DNA of 64,000 bases from Laetmonice hystrix (taxonomy: Eukaryota). The DNA lies in the NCBI GenBank assembly GCA_965235115.1, contig OZ249436.1, positions 10,354,001 through 10,418,000 on the forward strand, written 5' to 3'. The notes under the pieces were generated by a model that was not told where the DNA came from, ran no database searches, and worked only from the letters and a program-made list of their open reading frames with translations. How positions within the stretch are numbered: position 1 is the stretch's first letter; every line of letters begins with the position of its first letter. Both the position numbers and the translations under genes were made by a program. This document shows positions 13,301-28,066 of this stretch, piece by piece.

Positions 13301-15539
13301 ACTACAATGCTCAGTGAAAATAATCTTGAATCACAAATAATTTATTGGACAACTCATGAAATATAATGTATACCGACTCGTCTGACTGCAGGTCAGTATC
13401 CTAGATATATTGAGAGGAAAACAGTGCATCTATTTTCTTCCTGGAATTAGCATGAGGCCAGCCAGAAAGAGAGGCGGTGATAAAAGGTAGCATGGAATGT
13501 GTATATACAAGAACCTCTGTGAATAGCGGGGAGAAATAAACACTGTGAGTATAAACATGTTGGTTTAATAGGCCTACATCAGACTTCATGGGACACCGTC
13601 TCCCGGCTGTATGAGTCGTATTGTCTGCTCACTTCCCTCACCCACACCAAACTTTACTTTACAGACGCTTTTATTCGCTGACAGGATATTTATACATATA
13701 TACCGGCGGTGTGGGGTTCCGTGCTCCGTGATACCCCACAAAGTCAGCCCAGCTGTCCTGCAAATGCAGCCAATCAGACCTCTTAAGAGCCAACCATGCG
13801 ATCCTAACCCAGTGGGAATTCTTCATTTGTAGATATTTCTACCCAAGTCGTCCTCCTCTTCCTCCTGCCACTGTCTCAGGTTTTAGCCAGTGGAGTTCCT
13901 TCCTTACTGGACGTTCCAGGCATGCTGCTGATGCATTATGCCGCCAGCTCCGACCCATCCCTGTGCACCCTCCGCCCCCCTGACACACAGCCGCGAAATC
14001 AGAGATCCCCCTGCATCAACGCCGCGCCGGAAAGAAGGCTAATTTTGTCCAATCAGAATGAGCCACACAAGGAACAGATGTGCACGTAATGTGGCTGGGT
14101 CATCCGTGTGGCCATGGTGCCACGGCAGACATCGTTATTCAAACTCCGCTAAACGACGTGCACAGCGTTAATTTCCAGTGTCGCCGTTTAATGTTTCCGT
14201 GGCATGAGTATCGTGGAACCAGGTAGCGAGGATAGACGTACGATTATGAACACACTCGTCACAGCTACGCCCGCATCATGAATCATATTCCCCTTGCTGT
14301 TTTGATACGATATCTTGTGAATAGATTGATGAAATTGTCTCAACTGAACTTTTTTCTTTTTTCTTTTCAAGGGGTAGGGATGAACACAAGACAGAGCGTG
14401 GTTATATGAACGTTATGAGTAATGATACTTTCTCGGTTCTGCATCATCATCCATCATCATGTCTAACAATCTCTTGACAAGATCTGATCTCAGATTGCGA
14501 TTCTGACCGCAGCATCCTACCAACAAAAAACTACCTGTGAGGAATGGGTCAGAAAAACCGCGGGCCTAACCAGCCAGGTGACCAAGCGGGTTTCAACTTC
14601 TGACAATTACATTGATAAAAATTGTAATAAATGGTTGCAGGTACAGGAAAACATAGATGATTATCTCTGATCTCTTGATTGCACTAAGCCTTGTGCTAAT
14701 CCAAACTTCTTTCAGGTGTGTGTGTTGGTGTGGTGTGGGTGGGTGTGGCTATTGCACAGTGTGTTGAACCAGTTATGACTAACAACCCTTCATTCGATGC
14801 TAAGGCCATGTAAAACAGCCACGTTCCATGCTCGGACGCTCACAGAGCACACTGTTTGTTACCACTGAGCACCAGCCCGGCACAAATTGACACGTGGCGG
14901 CACCTTTAGGACATTCTTGGTACTGAGACGGCATTTAACCTGGATTTTCTGCTCAGTTGTATATCTGTCTGCAGTAGTCATAATTATCTTTAGTAAGGAG
15001 ATAAACACCTAACAGAATGATGCGGGAAAGCAAGCGCCTGGATGATTATTAAACAATCTCAAGCACCTAATCCTTACATTCCACCAACACTACAGATTTC
15101 ACTCGTCATCCTCATTATCATATTTCTACCAAGCACAGAAAGACAAAGTTTATATCCTTGTACCAGATTTTGTTCTTAGTGTTTCTCCGTGCTATACATG
15201 TACTATGAAAACACGGGGAAGCAGATAGTGCAGCAATAGGTGCCAGTTGTTCGTCTTAGATCCATCTTGCGTACAGAATACGATGTTGGCCCCCAGCCTC
15301 GTGGCGCTGACCCTGAAAGCCCCTCACCCCTCTCGAGTGGCTAAAAGGGGCCGCCGTAGATATGACAAGGTGTTGGGTCCCTTCACAATCTGGGTTATCA
15401 GTACCTATCTGATATCAAATGTGGCCATAATCAGATCGCTATCGGCCTCCATGACATACACCTGTGCAGCATGTTGGAGGCAGCGCTCACCTTTGGCCCT
15501 GGAGACCTCCACGGTGGGCCAGGAAGATCAGAGCTAGTC

Positions 15540-17450
15540 AGTCTGCGGTATCAGCAATTGTCTTTCATTATCAGGGGTTGCTTTACTTGGACATGGCAAT
15601 TACAGTACCGGCTGCAAACCGATAGCTTTACATTCACTTCTGCTTTTTGGTCGGCATCGATGAAATGGTATGCGCCAGTCTTGAATGACAAACTAAATTC
15701 CTCCTTTCCTTTGGCCTCCTTAACGGGAGTCCCTTGAACAGGTTTCACGGCTATATTCAATCTGATTTGAAAATACTATAAAGCATTTTCAAACTACTTC
15801 CTAAAGGCGTCACTTTACGGAATCTTGATAATTCCAACTGCCGGGGCAGTTTGACATATTTCATATTTCAGTTAAAAGGCACTTGGAAAGCCTAGGGACA
15901 AAGTTGCCCTCATATATTGATAACTCTAGTGACAGTGTAGGTGGTCAGTGGCATTTTCCCGTCGATGGCCACTCTTCTGTGTCAAAGTTACAAGTGCCCC
16001 TTTGTTTGCAACTTCAGACATACTTCAATTACCCGTCAAACACCAATTTCCAGCGAAATAAAAAAGAACACATATATTTGGGTAATGTCATACAAGACAA
16101 CCTTCAAACGGGATTTTATCATTACCTGTGGCAGAGGTGGGTCATTAGGCCTCCTGGTAATGACCCAATTGACCTCCTTTACGACTAAATATGGTTCAGA
16201 CTTCAAGGGGACAGGTGTGACGTTCTACTCACTTTGTTACTACGGGTCTTGTCACTTTTGCCCCATCTTGTAGTCGATCTTGACACTTGAAGAGTTTATC
16301 TAGGACCTGAACCTGTCGACAGGGTTAGGTTTACAGACTCAACTCGCCACCAATCTTCCCAACAACCCTTGTTGAGTGGTGAACCCTAATACTGGGAGAA
16401 TAAACCCAAGTCCTCCGTTACGTTCGCACGGTAAAGCTTTGGTTAGTGCTTTATCTGGTACACTTGGTCATTCACTTAGAGTAGGGAGCGCAAGGAACTA
16501 AAAGCCTACGCCATGCATACAGTGATGTGCTTGGTGTTGGGGGCCGCCTTGTAGCAGGGCATGTATAAACACGGCATGAGATTGACAACCATCTGTGGCA
16601 AGCACTTCTCGGGCCAAATCTGCTCACCCAGAAGGCCGGGCCTGACTGAAGTTGGACCACCCTTCTCGAGGTAGCCAGTAAGTCTATTCCCTGCATCAGT
16701 ACAAAGCATCTCCAGACGCGGAATATGAAACATTACACCGATATCCTTCCTCCTTTGTCAACTCTCATCTCAAACCCTGCCACCGTAATGATTGGCCGTG
16801 GCTGGCGTTGCACAGTATATCTGTCAAATCTGAGGCCATGCAGAACCCATTTCTGCCTTCATCAGCTCCTGGTACAGCTGGTCCATTAGAGATGATCTCA
16901 ATGTTCATACGTCTAATTGAAACATAAAACCACAGTGCCAGACACATGTTGCCACAGTTGAGCAGTTTACATGAGTGGAAACGAGCCAGGAGACTTTCTT
17001 TGATCCTCTTTCTCCAACTTCATATTTCGCAGATTTTCTTGTAGAATTTCCTTCAACCTTGATATAAAGATTCGTTTGATTCCTTCACAGCTGTGTCTGC
17101 TCTATCAGACAAACTGCTTTAACCGCAAGGAGAGGTTTCATAAAGTGTTACTCTAACTTATTCTACAAACTACTCAGAATGTCGATCTTTGCCTCACTCA
17201 CACCCTCCCGTTGTACATCTGGCCATAAACATCTGTTGTTCTCCGCAAGAATACCACCCAATGTCCTGAAGTAAATATTAGCCCTACAACTTCCAAATGA
17301 CTGCCCTTCTTCAGATCAGATACTTTAAATAATAATCGGTCCCACCCTATATATTTTTCTTTTCTGTCCTCAGCTTCTTCAGCTTCCTGTCCGACACTTT
17401 GACTTTTATACGCCAGCCATCCCGCTACGATCTCATTTCTTTCAACATTT
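15540..17450 (-). mobile_element. Degenerate LINE reverse transcriptase fragment (CR1/L2-like)
   Basis: RT-like segments appear in the expected order on the minus strand: KVSDLKKGS (IVPIxKKG); IFISRLKEILQEN (NNRLxxYLExN); MDQLYQELMKAEMGSAWPQI*QIYCATPATANHYGGRV*DES*QRRKDIG (16886-~16737; LLxKLxxxG...F..xRGVRQG region); C-terminal LSFKTGAYHF...CSRYCNC (xFRxGxHxL...CxxC). Many stops and frameshifts. Confidence 0.6.
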
Positions 17451-20400
17451 GTCACACCGTGGTGACAACTTCGTCTACTTTTAGCCTTCAGGTTTAATTC
17501 TGTCCGCTTGCTTAACGCGGAGTGGAGTCAGTAGAATTGGTTTAGGTTGAACCACTGCTGCCACCAACCGGCCTGGGAGACAAACGATCGCGTGAACCGT
17601 CGTCACCGTCTTTCACATGACCATGTGATTCTTATCCAAGGAATGTCAACCGCTGTTCATAATCCCGTGCAATCCTATAACATGTTGTTGCCTTTTACAA
17701 CTTTTTACCCCATTTCTTTGTACCGCAATGTAAAACTCTAAACAGGACACAACTGCGTGAATTTCATTGTGTCTTGGCTGGACGCCGAAGGTCTGACAAT
17801 TTGAAACGGTTAACCACGAAATACCGAAATATATTTTTAATCAGGTACACTCAATCTTTTTGACACTCAGAAGGATTTGGTTCAATCTCATTTCAATATG
17901 AGCTGTCTGTCAACAAGATATTTCCGAAGAATGAGCATATCAAAATGAGAGATTATACTCTCAGGTTGGTTTAAGGAACTTCATCCCGGTTTCTTTTCTG
18001 TTTGTCAATAGTCAGATTACATTCCACAAATTGAAGGTATGTGTGTCCTGATCACCTTAATATATTATATCTCTGTAGTTTCTTTTTAAGAAAGCGCTGC
18101 TGCTGGCCCGGTTTAACCAGATGCTGAGGGTTTGACATTTCGGGACATATGTCGCCCTGTCTCGGTGGAGATGGCCAAACAGATGGCATGCCAGAACTCA
18201 TCCCGTGTCATCCTATGGGGCATCACTTACAAATACCTCCCTCTGTGATCTCTTTCTATAAACACCCATTTCTTGCTCGCCGCTGAAAGAGGCGCTGCAT
18301 TTTAATATCACATTTTCAAAACAATTGCAAGTTATAGGGCACAGATGCAGAGGCGGGAGGGAGGGCAATCTGTTTCCTTCCTGGCCGCATTCTTGGCCTT
18401 GCCATGATTCCCGCCGTATACTATGTTTTTCTACCGCCCCAACCTGAGATGTTCTCTTGATATCATAATTTCAAAACAAGAATAAAACTAATGACCGACA
18501 GCTGTTGGAGGTTCGGTATTGGCTCTGGGTGGACGACGGTTACAGATGGAGAGGTCGGCGGAGCCTCATGATGACTCGGCCTCATGCCTCCTCGTCAGTA
18601 TTCGCCGCCGCCCAGCCATACCTCTACGGCCGACCCCACCTCCGGACAGAGTTCAAAGCTAAAAATGTGGCTGCGGAAGCTTCTAATGCAGAGAATACCT
18701 TCTCCCACCTTGTATGGCTTCAAAGACTGTATGGGTTACTGATGGTATCAAGCAAGGCGTGGCAGCAGTTCGGCTACCATTGACACAGTAGCACCCAAAG
18801 GGAGCCTACAAACTCAACCTCAGCACAACAGATGGTGACCTGGACAGTTTCAACCCCCCTCCCTCGCCTCCCCTTGCTCACCAAACACTTATCTCATCAG
18901 ATAATTCATCCCCCACATCTAGCCATCATCTGGGGACAAAAAAGTCACTCGAGTGATTATCCGATAATTGGAATTATTGGGTCGCCACAGTATTATCCCT
19001 GTCAGCGTTGCCTTTACAAAGATTGTGTAGAGTCTGGACTGTGCGCCGATGTTATCAAGTCGGGGATCTGTCAGCATTCAGTCCGTCGATTCGGTTCGGG
19101 CAGTCAGCTGTGAGTCCCATGTTACATCACCGAGCAGCCGGGTGGGGTGGGGGAGGGGCTATAGCACTGCCACAATGCTAGGGAGCCAGAGCGAGGGACA
19201 ATTAGCTACTGCCTAGACGATGTAACAGTCAAGGAATCCTGTTATCCCCACTTTATGCGGCTTAATTTGCTTTGCTTCCAGAATTAACTGCTATCAACGC
19301 CGACAGTATTGTCTGGGCAAGGACACTTCCTCTTAGCCGCACACCAATAGTTATTTCACGGGGTTGTAGCTGCGTTAATAATTGTGACTTTCGGTCTGTA
19401 ACGGACTTATGGCCTCTAATTATTATGTTAAGGTGTCAGCTCCGAGAAACGTAAAGCTCAAGCTAGGTGACGTCAGCATCGGGGTAGGATTCTATTTTAC
19501 ACTAATATAAATCTTGATTACAGAAAAATTAAAAATCTCGCATTTAACAAATATAAATTTTAAAAGACCACAATAAGTATCGAATAACCCTTAGGAACCC
19601 TGTTTCCCATGCTGTATTACTGATTTGTGATTTACAGCATGCCACAGCAGTCTGCTTTTGAATTCTGCCTACATTTTACATGAAAGACATTTATTTCAAT
19701 CGTATTCAGACCTAATACTTAATCCCACGGGGCAAGTTCTGTATGGTTTATGCATGAAGTTGAAAAAGTGCGACTTATGACCTTTTTTCTCAATAGAAAC
19801 TTGACCGTGTAGGAGATCACACTATTCTGGGTTTACAATCTCCTTATATTACCAGTATATCTACAGTAATTATAATGTCGCAATCAAAACTGAGATCTGA
19901 TAAACATGGTATTTTGAACTGCATCTGAAATTGTGCTGTTATTATAATAAATTCACAATTGATATATACGAGGCACTTCCAACATTTGTCACCAGATCAG
20001 AAATTAAATCAATTTTACACTGGGAAGGGGACATATATAATCTTCGTCTGGAATTGGAGAATGACACTAAGCCATTCTTTTAAATCTTATCTGGCTCAAG
20101 TGTCCGGCTTTCCAGGCCCCAACAAATGAGTGAATTCCCTTGGGTGAGCCAATTTTAAGGTCTCTGCTACCATCTTGGGACACAACAGGAATTTACCACC
20201 CTGCTTGGAAACAATTTACTTCATCATCTGTCCCCTGTGGCTTGTTTCCGTGCCCCGGCCTCACCGTAAGATCAGACTGACGAATCAGAAAGACATCATA
20301 ATGAAGACCTATGGTATGCAAGTTTACTGCAAATTTGCCACACTCTCTATTAAAAGATTTAAACTCCCTGAGGTGGACAAAGGGTGGAAATTAGTGAGAA

Positions 20401-20711
20401 TAATGGCGCAATTTACTTGTGCAAGGTTTATTTGTGCTGGAGGATAAGGTAAATGGGTCCCAAGAATGAAGCAATGCCCATTACAGTGGGCGGTAATGGT
20501 CATTACCCAATGTATCAGCTTAATTAGACTGGCGGCTGTCCCTTTTATGGTTAAACTTGGCCAAGTGGTGTAAGGTAAGAAAACGGAACATTGCTAGAAC
20601 TAGTTGATTGAGAATCAACTCGACAATACAATATCTGCATGGACATGTAGATGTACATGTCTGTGTGTATGGAGACTTATGTACCTCGAGACACAAACTC
20701 TGGCCTCCAAA

Positions 20712-21898
20712 CATACACCTGGCAGGGGGCCTACTATTACGGCCTATGTCTGATGTAAGGTATACAGGCATACACCTGGCAGGGGGCCTACTATTACGGC
20801 CTATGTCTGATGTAAGGTATACAGGCATACACCTGGCAGGGGGCCTACTACGGCCTATGTCTGATGTAAGGTATACAGGCATACACCTGGCAGGGGGCCT
20901 ACTATTACGGCTTATGTCTGATGTAAGATATACAGGCATACACCTGGCAGGGGGCCTACTATTACGGCTTATGTCTGATGTAAGGTATACAGGCATACAC
21001 CTGGCAGGGGGCCTACTATTACGGCCTATGTCTGATGTAAGGTATACAGGCATACACCTGGCAGGGGGCCTACTATTACGGCCTATGTCTGATGTAAGGT
21101 ATACAGGCATATACACCTGGCAGGGGGCCTACTACGGCCTATATCTGATGTAAGGTATACAGGCATATACACCTGGCAGGGGGCCTACTATTACGGCCTA
21201 TGTCTGATGTAAGGTATACAGGCATATACACCTGGCAGGGGGCCTACTATTACGGCCTATGTCTGATGTAAGGTATACAGGCATACACCTGGCAGGGGGC
21301 CTACTATTACGGCCTATGTCTGATGTAAGGTATACAGGCATACACCTGGCAGGGGGCCTACTATTACGGCCTATGTCTGATGTAAGGTATACAGGCATAC
21401 ACCTGGCAGGGGGCCTACTATTACGGCCTATGTCTGATGTAAGGTATACAGGCATACACCTGACAGGGGGCCTACTATTACAGCCTATGTCTGATGTAAG
21501 GTATACAGGCATATACACCTGGCAGGGGGCCTACTATTACGGCCTCTGTCTGATGTAAGGTATACAGGCATACACCTGGCAGGGGGCCTACTATTACGGC
21601 CTATGTCTGATGTAAGATATACACCTGGCAGGGGGCCTACTATTACGGCCTATGTCTGATGTAAGGTATACAGGCATACACCTGGCAGGGGGCCTACTAT
21701 TACGGCCTATGTCTGATGTAAGGTATACAAGCATACACCTGGCAGGGGGGCCTACTATTACGGCCTATGTCTGATGTAAGGTATACAAGCATACACCTGG
21801 CAGGGGGCCTACTATTACGGCCTATGTCTGATGTAAGGTATACAGGCATACACCTGGCAGGGGGCCTACTATTACGGCCTATGTCTGATGTAAGGTAT
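20712..21898. repeat. Minisatellite array, 57 bp unit, about 21 copies
   Basis: Unit ggcatacacctggcagggggcctactattacggcctatgtctgatgtaaggtataca, with occasional +AT, -TTA and point variants. Confidence 0.98.
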
Positions 21899-23599
21899 AA
21901 AAAACTAGATATTGCGAGTTTCACATGCCTTTACAGCGTGTTTATTCAAAAGGCATGTCATTACACCCTCTCACTAACCGTGTGCCAATCAACTAGCATG
22001 ACTGGCCCACCGACATCTGCACCAGACGAAAGAAAGAAATACAGAAAGAAAGAAAGACAGAAAGAAAAGGAATGGGGTCTGAACATGACCTTGGTTCGCG
22101 ACCATAACCAAGGATGTCAGGATTGAACCCCTCCGTCATGCCTCACATGGACGTCATATATACACCCTTTCAGGGGTCAACCCCGGGTCACACACCCCTA
22201 TGAATCATTTGTCACGAGTGTACAACATGGGGCAGGGGCCAAACACTGGATCAATACTTGACAAGTTATACCAGAGATATGGATCATACCTCCCCGACGG
22301 TCGAAGATAATGATCAGAATTTATTTCCATCCACACTGCGAGGGACATGTTCATTATATAAACTGATGTGTTTGATCTTTGAATGTATCCTTTCTGTGTT
22401 CGCCGCGTGTTTCATGCTTCACCACCTTGTAGGTAGCTGAGATAATTAATTGTTCCGCCCGACTTGCCCAGTCACCGCCTTCTGCTTCATCTACCTTGGA
22501 CACCGGTAAAGCAGCGACACCATTAATAGTTTACGCACCTCGGACTGGGTTAAGCGTGGGAAAATCCATCATCTCTTCTCACCTTGAAATAGAAGCGGCG
22601 GTAATCACCCAGTGTCATGGCATGTCCATCGTTCATGGATTCTTCACCACATTTCATGGCCGTGCTTCCTTCCTCCCTCCCTGTGCTCCTTGTCCTACAC
22701 ACTCAAGGACTTTGGTCACTGTCTAATTGGAATGACCTATGTAATTTATCGAGTCCGGATGCTCCAACTGACTAAGCATTGTCATGCCAACCCAGAGACC
22801 AGCTGTCCATCTAACATGTGACTGGATGAAGGTGCTGCATTCATCAACTCATTGATGACCTCAAACAAGCCATCTGTGTGATAGACTAATGGTTGCAAGT
22901 TAACCATAGGTTAATTGTAATTAGCGTGATAGCTACGTTTGGCTAATATTTATGTTGTGTATGGCCGACCCGACAAGGCAACCAACATCGTTTCTGAAAC
23001 ACAGCGCAAGCTGAAACTGTAATTACTGCCGTGTTGTCGCAAAACCGATGCTGTAATTGAACGCTTTCTTTTGAGTAGGACGAAGCGACCCATGGTTCAT
23101 GTATTGTGAAGAACACAGTGGCTAAGTTCCACATGGGAAACATGTGATAGACCTCCACCCAGCCATAGACAAAATCACAGCCTTTATTTGGCCGCTAGTA
23201 ATTATCAATTATGGCACTATCAAACATGGCTTGGTCACACGAGTTGGCGGGCCAAATAGAATTCCATGGGAAAATCTTTCGACTGTGCACAGTCTAGGTA
23301 AACTCCGTGATATGTGCGCAATCTTAGAATCTGTAGCTTTGCTGAGATTACAATATTTATCAGATCATGAACTATTGAAAGCCAGTAATCGCAAGATCAG
23401 TTTATGATCCATGATTTCCACGATAAGAAATCTCAAGCTTGAGCAGTAGACCATAATGCAAGGAAGCATCTGCCTTGCACCTTGAGAACAGACATAATTA
23501 GATTTTCACATCTGGATGCATTGAACAGAATAAGCTGGGGGGGGGGAGACAATATTTCAACGGTGCTGCATGGTATGGTAAAGAGGGGGTGGGGGACCA

Positions 23600-24270
23600 G
23601 TACACGCAGCATGGCATTCCTTCTGGGTAGCTGCAACCCCACAATAGTTAGGGTGATTCCAGTACAGCTAACCATCTTTATTATGTTGAAGCATGCATAT
23701 TGCCACAGTGACTGCCAAACCAATGCAATTGCTGACTTGCCCTATTGTGTAGCGGCTGATACAAGTAGACCTAGACCGCAGGTTTCTTGCTAATGCTAAG
23801 TACTTGATATCATGCCAGTTGAGATTCACCTTTGTTCTGGACTTGGTATCTTCTACAGGACAAGCCTGTATGATCTACGCCACCTCCTCATAGGGGAGAA
23901 AAGGCCACATCCGTTGATAATATATATCCACCAATTGTCATGCCCTTGCACGCCACCTTAGCCTTACCAGAATTGGCAACACATCAGGCAAACAGCACCT
24001 GACTCAGTCCCTTTCCAAGGTGAAATTACTGGCCACTATAGTTATATAGCATTCAGTTGCCAACACTTTTGACCCTTGATAGCATGACATTTATGAGATT
24101 CTCACCGAGATCCAAGCTTTCATCTTCATCATGAACACGGCCTGGGATCACATGTCAGCAAAGAAGAAAGAACACTTTCACCCTCACCCAACTTTCTTCA
24201 GTGCATACAAAATTAACAATAAGGTCGAGCCTGATCTTGAAAAAAATTCCTAAAGATCATTCACCGACAC
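23600..24270 (-). mobile_element. Degenerate LINE reverse transcriptase fragment
   Basis: Minus-strand segments in RT order: FFSRSGSTLLLILYALKKV...CSFFFAD; SLDLGENLINV (24119-24087; xLGFGxxFIxW); NFTLERD*VRCC (24027-23992; F.L.RGVRQGC); IKYL (23808-23797; KYLG). Confidence 0.5.
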
Positions 24271-25898
24271 TTGTTAAACGCATTTATTTACCTGTCCAGA
24301 CGGGGGACATCGAGGCCCTCCATCTTTATAGAGCATGTAATTCGGCACTGTAAATGAAGTGTGCTCTCAGGAAAAGTGGCCATGCAGCGCCCAGGTACTC
24401 GCTGTCTGCTGCAGGGTTGCCCGTCCCTTTTAACGAGAGATCTCTCCTTTGTGCGTCCCTGGAAATTTGGTGATGTACGGCGCAGGTATGTAATCTGTGC
24501 ACAATGAATACTTCTGAACAGTCTATAAACCACTCCATGGGTTAACATCACTGGCGTCCTCTCTACTTGGTATGTAAAGTGAATGAACTGGTCGAAACGA
24601 CGTAAGAGGCAACAGTCAAAGAAATGTTGTTTTTATGAGCCCAAAGGTTTGGGTGATGTAGTGGAGTACGTCGGTACATGTGGTGATATACAGTGAACAC
24701 ATGGTGACCGCAAGCTAATTCTGAATGCAAACGGACGCTCTGGCATGCTGCTTATACCCTGCAGATCATCCGACCTGGCAGAATAGATCTACTTGTTATC
24801 ATCTGATTGTAGAGAAAGATATGTTAACACACACTTTTTGTGAGGGTTATGATCTAACCATAAAATTATCAGTACGGAAAGCTGTTTCTTTAAACCTTCA
24901 ACCTTTCCTATTGAAGATCTTTGACATCTATGCTAACTGTAAATCGTGTCAGTTTAGGACATGGGGTTTACTTTTAATAACTCAAGGGTAGGACTTTGGT
25001 GTCAGGGAGTACCAGGTTGTTAGCTGCTTTATTTCCATTCCCGGGGGGTCCTACCTGCCACAATGATCGGAAAACCTATACGTACAATCAACCTGGTACC
25101 ACGCCGCATCAAAGGGCTCACAGAAGGTGATGGATTTCATTCTGATATCAACTACAGAAACGCTGAGTGTGCAGCCATGAGGAAAGCTGGCCTTCGGTTT
25201 CCGTCTCTGAAATCAGAAATCTTACGTATTCCAGAGATTTCTGCCAGCCTAGCCTGGGGTGACCAAGGCTGGAATAGCAGACTGGGGTTTGTGTCTGATG
25301 ATGTCTAGGCAGAGACGAGCCCATCTCCCTGGTAACATGTGGGTACCACACCTCAAGCTCAGCAGCAGCTAATGTAATGATGTACAGAAGTCCTGCATTC
25401 CATCAACAGATCTCAGATCTACCAGGGCCTGCCTGCCGGCCTGGCTGGCACAGCAAACCTCACCCTCGTGTCTGGCTATCGGCACAGAATGTGGGGGTAG
25501 TTTGCTATAAAGTACGCGGCCAGTGCATGGTCAGCCCTCGATATATTGAGTCCAGACTCAGACCTATGAGGCGCGCACCCTCCGACCTCTAGGAAGCCAC
25601 CTCTACCGGCGTGCATATGTAGCCATATCAACAAGTGATATAACTGATCTAATCCAGACACATCAGACAGCACGGCCTCCAGGATGGCCGAGATCAATCA
25701 TTCCTGCCCCCTTACCCCCGCCTGTACCTTGGCTGGCCACCGTCCCTAGCTCAACTGTTCACCTCCAGTACCGACCCATTGCTGTGACCAGTCTACCATC
25801 GACCGCCATCATCAGACGGTGCTGACCTCTAGGAAGGACCTTGATCGAGGTGAGACTGGAGGATATTTGGGGGATCACTACTCCGATTACAACAATGT

Positions 25899-25944
25899 AA
25901 CAACAACAACGACAACAACAACGACGACAACAACAACGACAACA
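25899..25944. repeat. (AAC/GAC)n microsatellite
   Basis: aacaacaacaacgacaacaacaacgacgacaacaacaacgacaac. Confidence 0.9.
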
Positions 25945-26979
25945 TTCGATTGACTGTATGGTTGGAAGTGGAGCTTACTCTATACTCACTCCCTGCTTTT
26001 GGGATAACAACTGATCAGAACATCATGACCGATTCCCGAAAATGACCGCTTAGTGCTATTGAGTACGCTCAGGAAACGGCTTTCTCTGCTTCAATGCCAC
26101 CAGTATAGTTATACCAATACCAGTTTCTACCTTAGAAATGTAAGTCCGTCAGTAGACTGTTTTTTTACCCTGGTGCCATCTGTAGGCGGCTAGCTGTCAC
26201 TTCCCTGGTGCCATCTGTATGACATTCAGCTGGATGGCGAGAACGTCCACGAGCCAGTATGAGTGAGTGGAAGGAATCGAGGATCCCCTACTGTGGACCT
26301 CTGACCAACCGCACGATACTTCCTATGTCAATGTTTCCACTTCCTTTAAACTTCTTCTTCAGTACGCTTTGCCACGCTTACCGCAAGGCAACCGACGCCC
26401 ACACCCAACATAAACGACACAAACGACGGAAGCAGATCAATTCAAAAGTCACCCAAACTCCAATGTTGGAGTTTGGCATCGAGATTTGCCGTCAATTGAG
26501 CTGTTTCAGCGACAGGGACAATCTAACGATATATTCAATGTGTGCGTTACCTTGGACATCTCTCTAATAAAGTGACTCAAGTAACGTTTACACTTGTCAG
26601 GTCATAGGTTTATCAGGAAACTTTCTCTTACTCCAACGTGTTTACTTTTACCTCTGCCTGATTACCTACAAAAGTAGACGGTATCTTTATTGCAGAAAAC
26701 ATTCCATGGACCTCAGCAGCATGGAAAAAGTATAGCAAAATGGCCCGATATATTCAGAGAAACCTTTGGAACATTTATATTATCTTTTACAAGACAGATC
26801 CCTTAAGTGTTTGCCTTCTACTTCGAGTACAAATATCGACCAAAAACATTAAGCGGAAAAAACTTCTGAAGTTTGAAAAACTGCTTGGGGGATATTTCTG
26901 CCAGCACCGATTTCCTCTGCTTCCGACATGTCTGGTTGTATACTCATATTTATTTAAACCTGCGTGACTTATTTTGATA

Positions 26980-27150
26980 AACTATCTTCACGAACCTAAG
27001 ATCGGAACATCTGACCCTTGATCTTCAAAGGCAGGGCTTAATTCTGGCCGGCTAATGATGCGTTCAGCGGCCGGGGTGCCTGCACCCAGGTGTGGCCTGA
27101 CCCGATGGCAGAGGCCCGGTGTGTTCAGCGTGGCAGCGGGGCGGGTGCTG
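26980..27150 (+). mobile_element. Possible extreme C-terminal fragment of a Tx1-like LINE
   Basis: TIFTNLRSEHLTLDL followed by RWQRPGVFSVAAGRVL resembles Tx1 ORF2 termini (RWxxxGVxCxV). Weak. Confidence 0.25.
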
Positions 27151-28066
27151 AGAACCAATCCACCCAGTGACCAGCCTGGCCACACCCGATATCTTCCACT
27201 TCACTTCATATTAGCCAACTTTCAAGTGCTTGCACTGCTTCCCCCTCTGCCAGTCGGATCTCAAGAAGCTGGCCAGAGAATGCAATAATAGCGTTGCACG
27301 ATACAGACCTAGCTGAACAGATGAAAAAACTTACACAAAGCTTTTCATGGCCAGTTGGACAAGTCACAGGATTGGTTTACAAATGATAAAGAGGAATCCC
27401 AATAATATGCAAGGCCTGACCTAACCTAGAGCAGGGCTTTTGTTCTTTTATGCCGTCTTAGTGTAAAAATACCCGCGGTTAGAATTCCATTGTCGACCAA
27501 ACAATTGTGTTGTGACCAATAACCGTACGGGTTCATTGTCACATGTGAGAATTTCAATCTGTTCACAGCTATCATAATGAGGAGCACCCTGTACAGTAAT
27601 GAAAGTAAACTGCTAAAAATAACATTATGAATAATACCAGATATAAAAAAAAGATGACCATTAAGCTTCCCCTGAAGGTGTTCCAAGTGATGATTTTATG
27701 TCGGTACCAGGGTCGGGATCAGGGTCTGATCCTGGCTGATCCTGTGTGGGTGTTATCCCTGTAATACCGGCATCCTGCTGTTAACTACATTAGATGTGCA
27801 CACCCACCATCCCCAGCTCAATGTTGTGTTGTTCTCGGGCCCACCCGATAGGCTGTGTCCTATTATAATCTGGTCCTATGGCATTCAGGTGATCTGCTGT
27901 GTATTACCCTGCATAGAGCTCGTCTCCGCCGATCTGTCATCTCCGATGTTTATGTAGAGATGGCAGTCAGCCATGTGTTCACTCTGATATCTATAGGCAT
28001 CCCGCGCCGCGTCAGCCCACCCTGGCCACCATACGGCCCACCTTGGCCACCATCAGCCTCCGAGGC

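Noticed and set aside
16312-16323. 12-bp perfect palindrome cctgtcgacagg
   Set aside because: Lies inside a decayed LINE; isolated and compatible with chance.
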